A stretch of 64,000 bases of DNA, taken from positions 9,475-73,474 of the forward strand of contig DATMBM010000007.1 in assembly GCA_035559235.1 (NCBI GenBank), given 5' to 3'. Below, piece after piece: positions 26,787-36,532 of this stretch (its first letter is position 1; every line of letters begins with the position of its first letter). The stretch comes from Minisyncoccota bacterium. GTDB taxonomy: Bacteria > Patescibacteriota > Minisyncoccia > Phycocordibacterales > UBA2100. The notes under the pieces are model-generated. The model was not told the DNA's origin. It ran no database searches and worked only from the letters and a program-made list of their open reading frames with translations. Position numbers and translations under genes: made by a program.

Positions 26787-26829
26787 AGCGATATTATCGC
26801 TTGACAGGCGGATGAAGTAGGGGTATATA
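26787..26829 (+). promoter_or_regulatory. dnaK promoter (TTGACA-17-TATATA) preceded by the palindrome AGCGATA-T-TATCGCT
   Basis: Perfect -35, a 17-nt spacer and a near-consensus -10. A 7-1-7 inverted repeat abuts the -35 and may be an operator. It is neither CIRCE nor HAIR. Confidence 0.55.
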
Positions 26830-26870
26830 CTTTTACCAAAAACTCATTATCAATCATCACAATCAACACT

Positions 26871-28757
26871 ATGGGAAAAATAATCGGCATTGACCTTGGT
26901 ACGACGAATTCCGCAGTCGCAGTTGTGAAAGCGGGCGAGCCAACAATCATTGAAAACGCTGAAGGGGCGCGCACGACTCCCTCGATCGTGGCTGTTTCGA
27001 AAACGGGAGAACGACTGGTGGGATTATTGGCGAAGCGTCAAGCCGTGACGAATCCCAAAAACACGATTTACCAAATCAAGCGCTTCATCGGCCACAATTT
27101 CGACGAGCCGGCTGTGCAAAAAGACCGCGATGCCGTTCCCTATGAGATGCGCAAATCCGCAAACGGCGGCATCGAGGTCCAGATGGGAGATAAATGGTAC
27201 CGGCCGGAAGAAATTTCCGCGATGATTTTACAGAAGCTGAAGCAGGACGCCGAGGCGAGGCTTGGCGAGACGATCACCGAAGCCGTCATTACCGTGCCCG
27301 CGTACTTCAACGACTCGCAACGAGCCGCCACGAAGGATGCCGGAAAGATCGCGGGCCTCGACGTAAAGCGCATCATCAACGAACCGACCGCCGCCGCGCT
27401 TGCTTATGGCTTCAACAAGAAAAAGAACGAGAAAATCGTCGTCTTCGATTTCGGCGGAGGCACTTTCGACATTTCCGTTTTGGAAGTCGGGGATGACGTG
27501 ATCGAGGTCAGATCAACGGATGGGGATGCGCACTTGGGCGGCAAGGACGTGGATCAAAAGATCATGAACTGGATTGCCGAAGAATTCAAAAAGGAGAGCG
27601 GCATCGACGTGCGCAATGACGCGCTCGCGAGGCAGCGTCTCGATGAAGCGGCGGAAAAGGCAAAGATCGAACTCTCCACGGCGGTAGAGACCGAAATCAA
27701 TATACCGTTTATCACGTCGGACGCTTCCGGGCCGCGGCACCTGCTCGTCAAGATGTCGCGCGCGAAGCTCGAGGAACTTGCCGAAGAATATATCCGGCGC
27801 GCGATGGACATCACGAAGCGCGCGATGGACGCATCGCCGTTTAAGGTCGGCGAGATCAATGAGGTTATCCTTGTGGGCGGACAGACCCGGATGCCGGCGA
27901 TGCAACAGGCGGTTGAGAAATTCTTTGGAAAGAAGCCGCACATGGGGGTAAACCCGGACGAAGTCGTCGCGCTCGGCGCGGCAATCCAAGGGGGCATCAT
28001 GCAGGGTGATGTGAAAGACGTGCTTCTCCTCGACGTCATCCCGCTCTCTCTTGGTATCGAAACCTTGGGAGGCGTTGCGACAAAGCTGATTGAGCGCAAT
28101 ACGGCGATCCCGACCTCAAAATCGCAGGTATTTTCGACCGCCGCCGACAACCAGCCGTCGGTGGAAATCCATGTCGTCCAGGGTGAGCGCCCTATGGCGG
28201 GAGACAATAAATCACTTGGCCGGTTCAACCTTGATGGCATTCCACCGGCACCTCGCGGAGTTCCACAGATCGAAGTGACGTTTGACATCGACGCAAACGG
28301 TATTCTTTCGGTAAAGGCGAAGGACAAGACATCCGGTAAGGAACAATCCATCCGAATCGAACAGCGGAGCGGTTTGACGGACGCCGACATCGAAAGGATG
28401 CGCGCGGAAGCAGACGCAAATGCGGAAGCCGACAAGCAGAAGCGCGAACTCGCAGAGACGCAAAACGCGGCGGATCAGATCGTCTACGCTGCGGAAAAGG
28501 CGCTTAGGGAGCACGGAGATAAAGTATCCGAGGACATCAAGAAAAAAGTGCAGGAAAAGATAGATGCCCTGAAAGGAGCGCGCAACGGAACGGATAGTGC
28601 GGCCATCCGCTCTGCGTCTGAGGCTCTTTCGACGGCGCTCAGTGCAATCGGAGAGTCAATGTCCGTCTCGTCAGATGCGAATCGCGACGGGCGGAAGAAC
28701 CAGAACGAGGAGGGCGGTGCCGGCACGCAGCAAAATCCCAAAGGAGGAACCCAGTAG
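26871..28757 (+). CDS. dnaK: Molecular chaperone DnaK (Hsp70)
   Basis: [10 protein letters not shown] and DLGGGTFD motifs with the full Hsp70 architecture. Confidence 0.97.
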   Translation: MGKIIGIDLGTTNSAVAVVKAGEPTIIENAEGARTTPSIVAVSKTGERLVGLLAKRQAVTNPKNTIYQIKRFIGHNFDEPAVQKDRDAVPYEMRKSANGGIEVQMGDKWYRPEEISAMILQKLKQDAEARLGETITEAVITVPAYFNDSQRAATKDAGKIAGLDVKRIINEPTAAALAYGFNKKKNEKIVVFDFGGGTFDISVLEVGDDVIEVRSTDGDAHLGGKDVDQKIMNWIAEEFKKESGIDVRNDALARQRLDEAAEKAKIELSTAVETEINIPFITSDASGPRHLLVKMSRAKLEELAEEYIRRAMDITKRAMDASPFKVGEINEVILVGGQTRMPAMQQAVEKFFGKKPHMGVNPDEVVALGAAIQGGIMQGDVKDVLLLDVIPLSLGIETLGGVATKLIERNTAIPTSKSQVFSTAADNQPSVEIHVVQGERPMAGDNKSLGRFNLDGIPPAPRGVPQIEVTFDIDANGILSVKAKDKTSGKEQSIRIEQRSGLTDADIERMRAEADANAEADKQKRELAETQNAADQIVYAAEKALREHGDKVSEDIKKKVQEKIDALKGARNGTDSAAIRSASEALSTALSAIGESMSVSSDANRDGRKNQNEEGGAGTQQNPKGGTQ

Positions 28758-28759
28758 CC

Positions 28760-29581
28760 ATGGAGACGCTCACGCTCGACGGACGGCGTTTCCACTTCCT
28801 CGGCGAACAGCGCGGCGGCGCACGGGTATACCGTGGGGAGGACGCGTACTTGCGAATCGGCCCGTATGAGGCAATAGAGCGCGACCTCGGGCTCCATCGC
28901 GCAATGGAGAAGGCGAAGTACCCGGTCGCGAAGATTATCGATGATGGAGAACTGTACGAGCAACGGTACTTTATCGAAAGCGCTGTCGGCGACCGTTCGT
29001 TTCGCGCGATCTTTCAGGACGACAGCGACTCGGCGCATGGCGTAACTGACGATCATTTTCGCGAATTTCTTGAATTGATGAAAAAACTGTATACGGCTCA
29101 AAAAAGGGCCGCTAAGGGCGCGTGGGATACGGACGAATTCGCGGCAGGTATCCGTCTGCCGGAATTATGCCGCGAACTACCGGTTCATGCGCCGGCAATA
29201 CGGGCTCGTTTTGAGAAGGCGATTTCACGCATTGCGGCGCTTCCGCGGACGATCACGCACGGCGACTGCAACCCCGCGAACATGTACCACGGCGGGATCA
29301 TCGATCTGGAGGATTCGTTTTACGGTCCGCTCGGATACGATGTCGTCTCAGCGCTCATGACAATCGAGTGGTCGCCTGAATTGCGCTCGTACGAGTTTTA
29401 CGCGCAATACCGGTTTACGGAAAAGCAAACGCAGAAATACAAGGCCGCGTTCCGGGGGATTGCGCCTCACTTTGATGATTTCGCGTTTTGTCGTGCTGTA
29501 TGGCTCTGCTCAGGCATGCGCAAATGGCCGCGCATCCAACAGTGGCGGTTTGAAAAGTTTATTCATGAATATCTGTCGTAA
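28760..29581 (+). CDS. Phosphotransferase enzyme family (APH/choline-kinase-like) protein
   Basis: The catalytic loop HGDCNPANM and the metal-binding IIDLEDSF motif are present. The ATG is 2 nt after the dnaK stop. Confidence 0.7.
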   Translation: METLTLDGRRFHFLGEQRGGARVYRGEDAYLRIGPYEAIERDLGLHRAMEKAKYPVAKIIDDGELYEQRYFIESAVGDRSFRAIFQDDSDSAHGVTDDHFREFLELMKKLYTAQKRAAKGAWDTDEFAAGIRLPELCRELPVHAPAIRARFEKAISRIAALPRTITHGDCNPANMYHGGIIDLEDSFYGPLGYDVVSALMTIEWSPELRSYEFYAQYRFTEKQTQKYKAAFRGIAPHFDDFAFCRAVWLCSGMRKWPRIQQWRFEKFIHEYLS

Positions 29582-29622
29582 TCTTGCGCGCGAGGTCCAT
29601 GGAGATATAATGATGCGGAGTT

Positions 29623-30702
29623 ATGAAAGACTACTATCAGATTCTGGGCGTCACCAGAGATGCGAGCGAGGAGGATATCAAGAAGGCGTTCCGTTCCCTC
29701 GCGCATAAGTACCATCCGGACAAGAAAGGCGGTGACGAGCAAAAATTCAAGGAGGTGAGCGAGGCGTATGCGGTGCTTTCAGATAAGAAAAAGCGCGCTC
29801 AATATGACCAATTCGGAGCATATGCCGCTGGCGCCGAAGCGCAGGGCGGGTTCGGTGGGTTTGATTTTTCCGACTTCGCGCGCAATTTTCAAGGCTTCGA
29901 AGGGTTTAACGCCCAGGGCGGAATCGAATTCGACCTCGGCGACATTTTCGGTGACTTTTTCGGCGGATCGCGTCGCAACCGGCGCGGGCGCGACATTTCG
30001 ATGGATGTCGAGATTCCGTTTCGCGATGCGGTCTTCGGCACAGAGCGACGCGTGCTCATTTCAAAAATAGGCCTCTGTGATACCTGCGGCGGAAGCGGCG
30101 CGAAGAAGGGGAGCGGTACCGTAACGTGCACGACATGTAACGGCAAAGGGCAGATCCATGAGACCCGCAATACGTTCTTTGGTACCGTCTCAACCGCACG
30201 CACGTGCCCAACCTGCAAGGGGCGAGGCGAAGTCCCAAAGGAAGCATGCGAAACCTGCCATGGGGAAGGCGTGCTCAGGAAGCAAGAGGAAGTTCATGTC
30301 GTCATCCCTGCGGGAATCGAAGATGGCGAGATGATCCGTATGCCGGGAAGAGGAGAGGCGCTTGTCGGCGCTGCGGCGGGTGATCTGTACGTGAAAGTAC
30401 ACGTCAAGCCGGATAAGCTTTTCTCGCGCGATGGAAACAATTTGGTGACTGCCCTTACCGTCAAGCTTTCCGACGCATTGCTTGGTGCCGAATATCGAAT
30501 ACAAACGCTCGACGGTGAAATGACGCTCTCAATCCCGCAGGGCGTGAAGCAGGGCGAATTTATCCGTTTGCGCGGCCGCGGTGTGCCTTCTGCGCGCGGT
30601 AATCGCGGAGATCTTTTTGTGCGGATCGACATCGAATTTCCGAAAAAACTTTCGCGTGCGGCGAAAGAGGCTGTTGAAAAGCTCCGCAAGGAAGGTATTT
30701 AG
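29623..30702 (+). CDS. dnaJ: Molecular chaperone DnaJ
   Basis: J-domain with HPD, a G/F region, and four CxxCxGxG repeats. Confidence 0.95.
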   Translation: MKDYYQILGVTRDASEEDIKKAFRSLAHKYHPDKKGGDEQKFKEVSEAYAVLSDKKKRAQYDQFGAYAAGAEAQGGFGGFDFSDFARNFQGFEGFNAQGGIEFDLGDIFGDFFGGSRRNRRGRDISMDVEIPFRDAVFGTERRVLISKIGLCDTCGGSGAKKGSGTVTCTTCNGKGQIHETRNTFFGTVSTARTCPTCKGRGEVPKEACETCHGEGVLRKQEEVHVVIPAGIEDGEMIRMPGRGEALVGAAAGDLYVKVHVKPDKLFSRDGNNLVTALTVKLSDALLGAEYRIQTLDGEMTLSIPQGVKQGEFIRLRGRGVPSARGNRGDLFVRIDIEFPKKLSRAAKEAVEKLRKEGI

Positions 30703-30719
30703 GCGGTACAATTATCCGG

Positions 30720-31205
30720 ATGGAAGCATTGTCCGGTGTGTTTGACGCGGTCCCGATTGATTGGCTGGTCCTCGGAGGTATCACGGTCGTGGTTGCGCTC
30801 GACGTGCTGCGAGCCGGTCTTGGCCGCGCGATTGCGATCTCAATTGCACTTCCGCTTGCGGCATTCCTTTTCACGCTGGTGGACGAGACGGTCGTTTTGG
30901 GGTCTCTCGATGCGCTGAGCGGTGCGACTGCCCAAGCGGGTCTTTTCGCCGTTTTGGCGGTCGCACTGTTTTTCCTCGTCAGCCGCATGGGCCTCGATTA
31001 CGTCGACGGCGGGATGGGAGAGCCTGTGCAGGCGCTTCTCGCCGGCGGCGCCACTGCAGCTATCTTTGCAAGCATTTGGCTGCAGATGCCCATTTTGAGC
31101 GAATGGTGGTCATTGAGCGACCAAGTGCAGGCCATTTTCGCACCAGCATTCCGTTTTTGGTGGATCGTCGGTTCCTACGCCGCCCTCGCGTTTGCGCGGG
31201 GGTAG
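30720..31205 (+). CDS. Membrane protein, possibly CvpA family
   Basis: Four hydrophobic helices. Only weak similarity to CvpA topology. Confidence 0.35.
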   Translation: MEALSGVFDAVPIDWLVLGGITVVVALDVLRAGLGRAIAISIALPLAAFLFTLVDETVVLGSLDALSGATAQAGLFAVLAVALFFLVSRMGLDYVDGGMGEPVQALLAGGATAAIFASIWLQMPILSEWWSLSDQVQAIFAPAFRFWWIVGSYAALAFARG

Positions 31206-31302
31206 TGCTCTTGTAACTTGTATGAGGTCTCGGTATATTTTCGCAGGGTGGATCCACCGCCCGGGAACGTCTCACTCCGAAAGTTGAGATGAGGTATAGG
31301 AC

Positions 31303-32019
31303 ATGCTGACTCCCGAAGAATTTGTCCTTGCACTTCTTGCGGTCACCGAACAGGTCTCGACCACCGTGCTCGGCATCAGTCCGTTGCAGCTTGGTATCGC
31401 TGCCGGTACGCTGCAGATATTGGGCTATGCGCTCTATATCTACCAAAGCAATCGAAGAGAACTCGAGCCGAATCCCGCAGCATGGCTCATGTTTGCGTAC
31501 GGTACCGCGCTCCTAACTGCTCTGGAGCTCGACCTAGATGCAGAGTTGCATCTCCTAATTCTTCCCGCAGTGTGTTCGCTACTGAGCGTCTACGTTGCAC
31601 TTCTTTGTTGGAAGCGGGGCACCTTAACGTGGCCAGAGGATACTGCGGATCGACTAGCGTTCATCGCAGATATCATTCTAACGATTGCATATATTGGTGC
31701 CTGGGCTTTGAGGGCGCAAGGATCAATCAGTGAAGAGGCGCGAGAGTTCGCTACGTTTGCGTTTCTGCTCTGTTCAAACGCAACCACGTTTACTGCGTTT
31801 TCTCCGCTGCTTCGTGATGCGTATCTGCATCCAAATCGCGAGCGATCGCTCGCGTGGACGATTTGGACTTTGGCGTACGTGACGCTTGGGGTAGCAACGG
31901 TGTGGGAACACGGTTGGCATTCAGTGCTACTTGTATATCCGATTTCGAACGCAGTGCTTCATTTCTCGGTTGCTTGGCTCGCGCGGCCACATCGCCGACG
32001 ACACTACAGCGCAGTGTAA
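31303..32019 (+). CDS. Hypothetical polytopic membrane protein (6-7 TM)
   Basis: Hydrophobicity pattern only. It marks the start of a lower-GC segment. Confidence 0.45.
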   Translation: MLTPEEFVLALLAVTEQVSTTVLGISPLQLGIAAGTLQILGYALYIYQSNRRELEPNPAAWLMFAYGTALLTALELDLDAELHLLILPAVCSLLSVYVALLCWKRGTLTWPEDTADRLAFIADIILTIAYIGAWALRAQGSISEEAREFATFAFLLCSNATTFTAFSPLLRDAYLHPNRERSLAWTIWTLAYVTLGVATVWEHGWHSVLLVYPISNAVLHFSVAWLARPHRRRHYSAV

Positions 32020-32107
32020 ACATGGGTCGTGGCTCTTCCCAGTGCCGCGACCCTTACTGTTGTCCTAAAGATGAAATTTTTGTAAACTCTGTAAGGTATT
32101 TACCTTT

Positions 32108-32623
32108 ATGAAGAAAATACGCGTTGATACAAGTCGGATAGACGGCAGAGGGATTTTTGCTGACGAATTCGTTAACAAGGGAGAAAAGATACAGTACATA
32201 AAGGGGAAGAAAGTGAAGAAAGTGATTCGAAACGTTCAAGACTCAAAGGAGATCGCGCATTGGATTGGGGTGGGGAAATTTTTATGGATCAATACCGAAG
32301 GGACGCCGTTTGAATTCTTAAATCACTCTTGCGAACCAAATGCGGCGATCATTGGAACCAAAACGCTTGTCGCAATTAAAAATATCGCCAAGGATGAAGA
32401 AATAACCATTGATTACTCAATGACAGATGCAGATCCGTACTGGAGCATCGAATGTACATGTGGTGCAGAAAATTGTCGCAAGATAATCCAGGCAGTTTAC
32501 TCGGTCCCCGAGGAGGTCTTTTTGAAACATATGCCGCATATCCCGCGGTATTTCCAAAGAGCCTACATCCGTAAACATATCCACGACCGTGCGCGCCTCT
32601 ATAAGAGTGCGGCGAAAAAATAA
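32108..32623 (+). CDS. SET-domain protein (putative protein-lysine methyltransferase)
   Basis: IDGRGIFA (GxG), FLNHSCEPN (NHSCxPN), EEITIDY and post-SET CTCGAENC are present. Local GC is about 45%, against about 60% in the flanks. Confidence 0.8.
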   Translation: MKKIRVDTSRIDGRGIFADEFVNKGEKIQYIKGKKVKKVIRNVQDSKEIAHWIGVGKFLWINTEGTPFEFLNHSCEPNAAIIGTKTLVAIKNIAKDEEITIDYSMTDADPYWSIECTCGAENCRKIIQAVYSVPEEVFLKHMPHIPRYFQRAYIRKHIHDRARLYKSAAKK

Positions 32624-32638
32624 TGTTACGATGCATCC

Positions 32639-34441
32639 ATGCGGGGACTTTCCGCCCACAGGTTTGCATATATCACGGTCGCAATTATAGCACTCTCCGT
32701 CCTGGCACTTGGTGCACGGTATCTCGTGTTTAGCGACTATGTGGTTATCGTCGAAGAAGGTACTACCGATGCCCGCTCCGCAAAAATGATGATGGCGGAA
32801 GATGCCCTTGTCTGTGAGTGGGACTACACGCCGATTTTTTTTCTCGTTTCAGACAACGTTTTTTCGCCGCTCATTTATTATTCCCACATCTTTCCAATCG
32901 TAGGGGGAGCAATCCTTGCGTTCCTCATCTGGAGGCAGCGTGGAGCCGAACTACTGAATCGACTGTTCGTCGCCCTCTCAGTTTTTTTTATCACATGGTG
33001 CATATTCGATTTGATTCTTTGGGCACACGCGAATCCTGATTACATAATGTTCTTTTGGTCAGCGCAAATTTATCTCGATGTGCTGATTTATCTGTTTGCC
33101 GTGTATTTATTCTATGTATTTTCGTTCAAAAAAGATCTTTCCGATCGTTCCAAGCTTTTTGGGCTGGCGATTTTGTTGCCCGTAATTGCGTTGGCACCCA
33201 CAGAATTGACGCTAACCGCATTCGATTACACGAACTGCGATCGGGAAGCGCTCGAGGGACCGCTTTGGTATTACGCGTACATCATTGAATTGTTCCTGAC
33301 TGGGGTCCTCATTGCTCTCGCGGTGCGGGCTTACGTGAACGAAAAATCACACGGACGGCGAGTGCAAACGACATTGCTAGCTACCGGTCTTGCACTCTTT
33401 TTGCTCGCTTTTTCGTGGGGCAATATTGTCGGGAGTCTTTCTGAAGATTGGTCGCTTGCGCAATACGGCTTGTTTGGGATGCCAGTATTTCTCGCAATCG
33501 TGACATATTTGATCGTTCAGTTTCAGGTTTTTCGTGTTAAGGTGATTGCAACATCAGCACTGGTGACCGCTCTCTGGGTACTTTTATTCTCTGTACTGCT
33601 TTTCGAAAGTATTCAGGCTGCGCGCTCGGTCATCGTTTTGACGCTCCTCTTCTTTGCGATTATGGGTTTTCTGTTGGTGCGAAGTGTCCGCCGAGAAATT
33701 GAGCAGCGGGAACTCATCGAACGCCAGGAAAAGGAACTCGAAATTGCGAATCGCCAACAGGAGAGTCTTCTCCACTTCATCAGCCACGAAGTGAAGGGCT
33801 ACCTGACTGACGGGCAGAATGCCTTTGCCGCCATCATTGAGGGCGATTTGGGAGCGACACCGCCGAAAATGAGGGAAGTGTCGCAGCAGGCGCTCGTTAA
33901 GATGCGGCAAGGTGTCCGCACGGTTATGGAGATTCTTGATGCGTCGAACCTGAAGCTAGGCACGGTTTCGTACAAAAAGCAGCCGTTTGATTTCAAATCA
34001 GCGGTAGAGGAAGCGGTGGAACACTTGCGACCGCGTGCGGCGGAAAAGCAGCTCCAGCTCGATCTTTCGATTGATGCGACAAAAAAGTATTCGCTGGTCG
34101 GGGACAAAGAAAAGATTACGCAACACGTCGTGCGCAATCTTATCGACAATGCAATCCGCTATACGCCGAAGGGAAACATTCACGTAACGTTGGTGCGCAC
34201 CGACCGTGCAGTCCGGATGTCGGTGAAGGATACTGGCGTCGGCATTACCGACGAGGACAAGAAGCGGCTGTTTACGCAAGGCGGACACGGAAAGGAGTCA
34301 ATCAAGGTCAATGTCGACTCGACCGGTTACGGCCTCTTTGTCGCAAAACAGGTTGTAGAAGCGCATGGCGGCTCCATCCGTGCCGAAAGTGCCGGGGCGG
34401 GGAAGGGGTCCGAGTTTATCGTCGAGTTGCCGGTTACTTGA
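32639..34441 (+). CDS. Sensor histidine kinase with a large N-terminal multi-TM sensor domain (orphan)
   Basis: H-box HFISHEVKG, N-box LIDNAIRYT, G1 VKDTGVGI and G2 GYGLFV are present. More than 8 TM helices lie N-terminal. No adjacent response regulator. Confidence 0.85.
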   Translation: MRGLSAHRFAYITVAIIALSVLALGARYLVFSDYVVIVEEGTTDARSAKMMMAEDALVCEWDYTPIFFLVSDNVFSPLIYYSHIFPIVGGAILAFLIWRQRGAELLNRLFVALSVFFITWCIFDLILWAHANPDYIMFFWSAQIYLDVLIYLFAVYLFYVFSFKKDLSDRSKLFGLAILLPVIALAPTELTLTAFDYTNCDREALEGPLWYYAYIIELFLTGVLIALAVRAYVNEKSHGRRVQTTLLATGLALFLLAFSWGNIVGSLSEDWSLAQYGLFGMPVFLAIVTYLIVQFQVFRVKVIATSALVTALWVLLFSVLLFESIQAARSVIVLTLLFFAIMGFLLVRSVRREIEQRELIERQEKELEIANRQQESLLHFISHEVKGYLTDGQNAFAAIIEGDLGATPPKMREVSQQALVKMRQGVRTVMEILDASNLKLGTVSYKKQPFDFKSAVEEAVEHLRPRAAEKQLQLDLSIDATKKYSLVGDKEKITQHVVRNLIDNAIRYTPKGNIHVTLVRTDRAVRMSVKDTGVGITDEDKKRLFTQGGHGKESIKVNVDSTGYGLFVAKQVVEAHGGSIRAESAGAGKGSEFIVELPVT

Positions 34442-36200
34442 CGGTCACGCTCTTTGCGATATTGCGCGGCTTGTCGATGTTGTTGCCGCGTGCTTTTGCC
34501 ATGTAGTAGGCGAGGAGCTGTAGCGGGATAATATTCATAATCGCGGCAGTCTCCTTCGTGTCTGGCACTTTGACCCAATCGGTGAATTGGCCGGAATTGG
34601 CGGGCGAGACGCCGATGACCTTTGCGCCGCGAGCCCGTACCTCATGAATCGCGTTCAGAACATCGGCTTGCAGTGAATCGTTCGATACGACTGCAATGAC
34701 CGGCGTACCTTCCTCCATCAGGGTGATCGCATAATGCTTCAAGTCACCCGCGGGGATGCCGTGCGCATGGACGTAAGATCCCTCGATGATTTTCACCATG
34801 CCCTCCTTAATGATCTGCATATTTTGACCCTTGCCAAGCAGGTACAAGTCATCCTTTTTAGCCATACGACGAGCGAGCTCTTGCAGGATCCTGATCGTCG
34901 ATTCGTCACCTAAGTATTTCTCGACAGCGCTTGCGAGCGATTTTATGTTCTTTTTGCCGTCGGTTAACTTTCCTCCAACCGCTTTCGCCACGAGGTACCC
35001 CCACGCAATCTGCGAAGTAAAGATTTTCGTCGACATGACGCAGATTTCAGGTCCGGCTTGCGCCATAAATTTGAAATCCGACATACGGGTCATCATGCTA
35101 CCGGGCATGTTTACGTGACTCGCTATCCTCGCGCCCTTCTTTTTTGCGATTTCCAATACCTCAAGAACGTCCGCGGTCTCACCGCTTTGCGACGGTGCTA
35201 TCAGCAGATCACCCTTTTTGAACAATTGATAATAATCTGACGCCTCGGCCCCAATGAGCGCAGTGGCGCTTACACCGCCGTAGACGCGGAGATAATAGGC
35301 GATCTGCGCGGCAGCGGCGCCGGCCGTGCCCGAACCGATCGTATAAACGCTTTTCGCTCCTCGGATAGCGCGCGCCAACGCAAGAATGCTCCCATCTTTT
35401 TCCTTTAGCAGCTGACGAATGACAAACGGCGAGTCGTGAATTTCCTTAAGCATATAATGCTCGTACGCGCCCTTGTCGACTTCCGCCCCGACGATCGCGT
35501 TTTTTTCAAATTTTGGGGCAATGGTGCGACCTTTCGTGATATCCGTGACCTTTACGCCGCTTCTGTTTTTTGTGACCATTTGGCCGTTTTCCATTACAAG
35601 CACGCTCGTGACATACGGGGCGAACGACAGCACATCAGACGAAAAATACAGTTCGGTGTCATCCTTCGAGCCGAGGACGAGCGGGGAGCCATTTCGCGCA
35701 GCAATGACTTCGCCGTCTCGCGCAAGGACAATAATCGTATTGCGACCATGCAGTTCCTTGAACGCAGCTCGTACCGCTTCGGTGAGCGTCTTTGTTTTCG
35801 CGCGTTTGTCTTCAATAAGACGGACGATTACTTCGGTGTCGGTCTCGGATTTAAATGCGTATCCCTTTTTCATAAGCGCTGATTTCAACACATCGGCGTT
35901 TTCCACGATACCGTTGTGCGCAAGGACAAACGATCTGTCCGACGCGTAGTGCGGATGCGCGTTGGTTTCGTTTACTTTGCCGTGCGTCGCCCAGCGCGTG
36001 TGTCCAATCGCGATATTTCCGCGGATTGAAAGCGGCTCTTTCGCAACTTCACCAACTCGTTTTTCAACGTCGATTCCGTGACCGTTGAGGACCGCCACAC
36101 CCCAGCTGTCATATCCTCGATAATCCAATCGACGAAGGCCTTCTAATACCGCGTCCGCTGCCTCGCGTCGAGTACCCACGTACCCAAAAATGCCACACAT
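34434..36200 (-). CDS. glmS: Glutamine--fructose-6-phosphate aminotransferase GlmS
   Basis: N-terminal MCGIFGY (Ntn Cys) and two SIS domains. Start chosen at the Met-Cys at 36200. Confidence 0.95.
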   Translation of the reverse strand: MCGIFGYVGTRREAADAVLEGLRRLDYRGYDSWGVAVLNGHGIDVEKRVGEVAKEPLSIRGNIAIGHTRWATHGKVNETNAHPHYASDRSFVLAHNGIVENADVLKSALMKKGYAFKSETDTEVIVRLIEDKRAKTKTLTEAVRAAFKELHGRNTIIVLARDGEVIAARNGSPLVLGSKDDTELYFSSDVLSFAPYVTSVLVMENGQMVTKNRSGVKVTDITKGRTIAPKFEKNAIVGAEVDKGAYEHYMLKEIHDSPFVIRQLLKEKDGSILALARAIRGAKSVYTIGSGTAGAAAAQIAYYLRVYGGVSATALIGAEASDYYQLFKKGDLLIAPSQSGETADVLEVLEIAKKKGARIASHVNMPGSMMTRMSDFKFMAQAGPEICVMSTKIFTSQIAWGYLVAKAVGGKLTDGKKNIKSLASAVEKYLGDESTIRILQELARRMAKKDDLYLLGKGQNMQIIKEGMVKIIEGSYVHAHGIPAGDLKHYAITLMEEGTPVIAVVSNDSLQADVLNAIHEVRARGAKVIGVSPANSGQFTDWVKVPDTKETAAIMNIIPLQLLAYYMAKARGNNIDKPRNIAKSVTVK

Positions 36201-36470
36201 ATATGTTTGTGCGTTATTGCGGCCGTAGCCGCTCGATAATGCGAGACGTCCCATTGTCGCCACTTTGTACGCCGCGTTACCGCAGCGCTTTCTGACGACA
36301 TTTCAGCAGGGAACACTGCTGGAAGGTTTCCGCTGATACTTGGCTCGGCGCGTGCGCCGGCCAGTCCGATCGTCTGCCTCGCGGCAGACCCCTCTCCTCG
36401 TTATCCCGTTTAAATGGCGGGATCCATACGCTTGTTTCCGATAAGTCTCGAAAGAACACCCTCTGAGAGA
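36201..36470 (-). promoter_or_regulatory. Long structured 5' leader of glmS (candidate glmS-ribozyme-like element)
   Basis: The minus-strand RNA has an AGCG..AUCCCG/CGGGAU hairpin, AACGAGGAG (ribozyme J1/2 is GACGAGGA), GUCUGCC-GCGA-GGCAGAC, CAGCAG..CUGCUG and GCGGC-UACG-GCCGC (UNCG) hairpins. The intergenic gap is 332 nt. Confidence 0.3.
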
Positions 36471-36532
36471 ATATAGCCGCTTTTAAATGTGCGCAAGATG
36501 AATCCGTGCGCGTTTTCTGCTAATATGCCGTA

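Noticed and set aside
26190-26870. CIRCE/HAIR heat-shock operators upstream of grpE/dnaK
   Set aside because: Neither TTAGCACTC-N9-GAGTGCTAA nor CTTGAGT-N7-ACTCAAG is present. Only a different palindrome was found (reported separately).
36201-36532. T-box leader for trpS
   Set aside because: No T-box consensus (AAUUAGGGUGGUACCGCG-like) or specifier-loop architecture is present on the plus strand. The structure is attributed to the divergent glmS leader instead.
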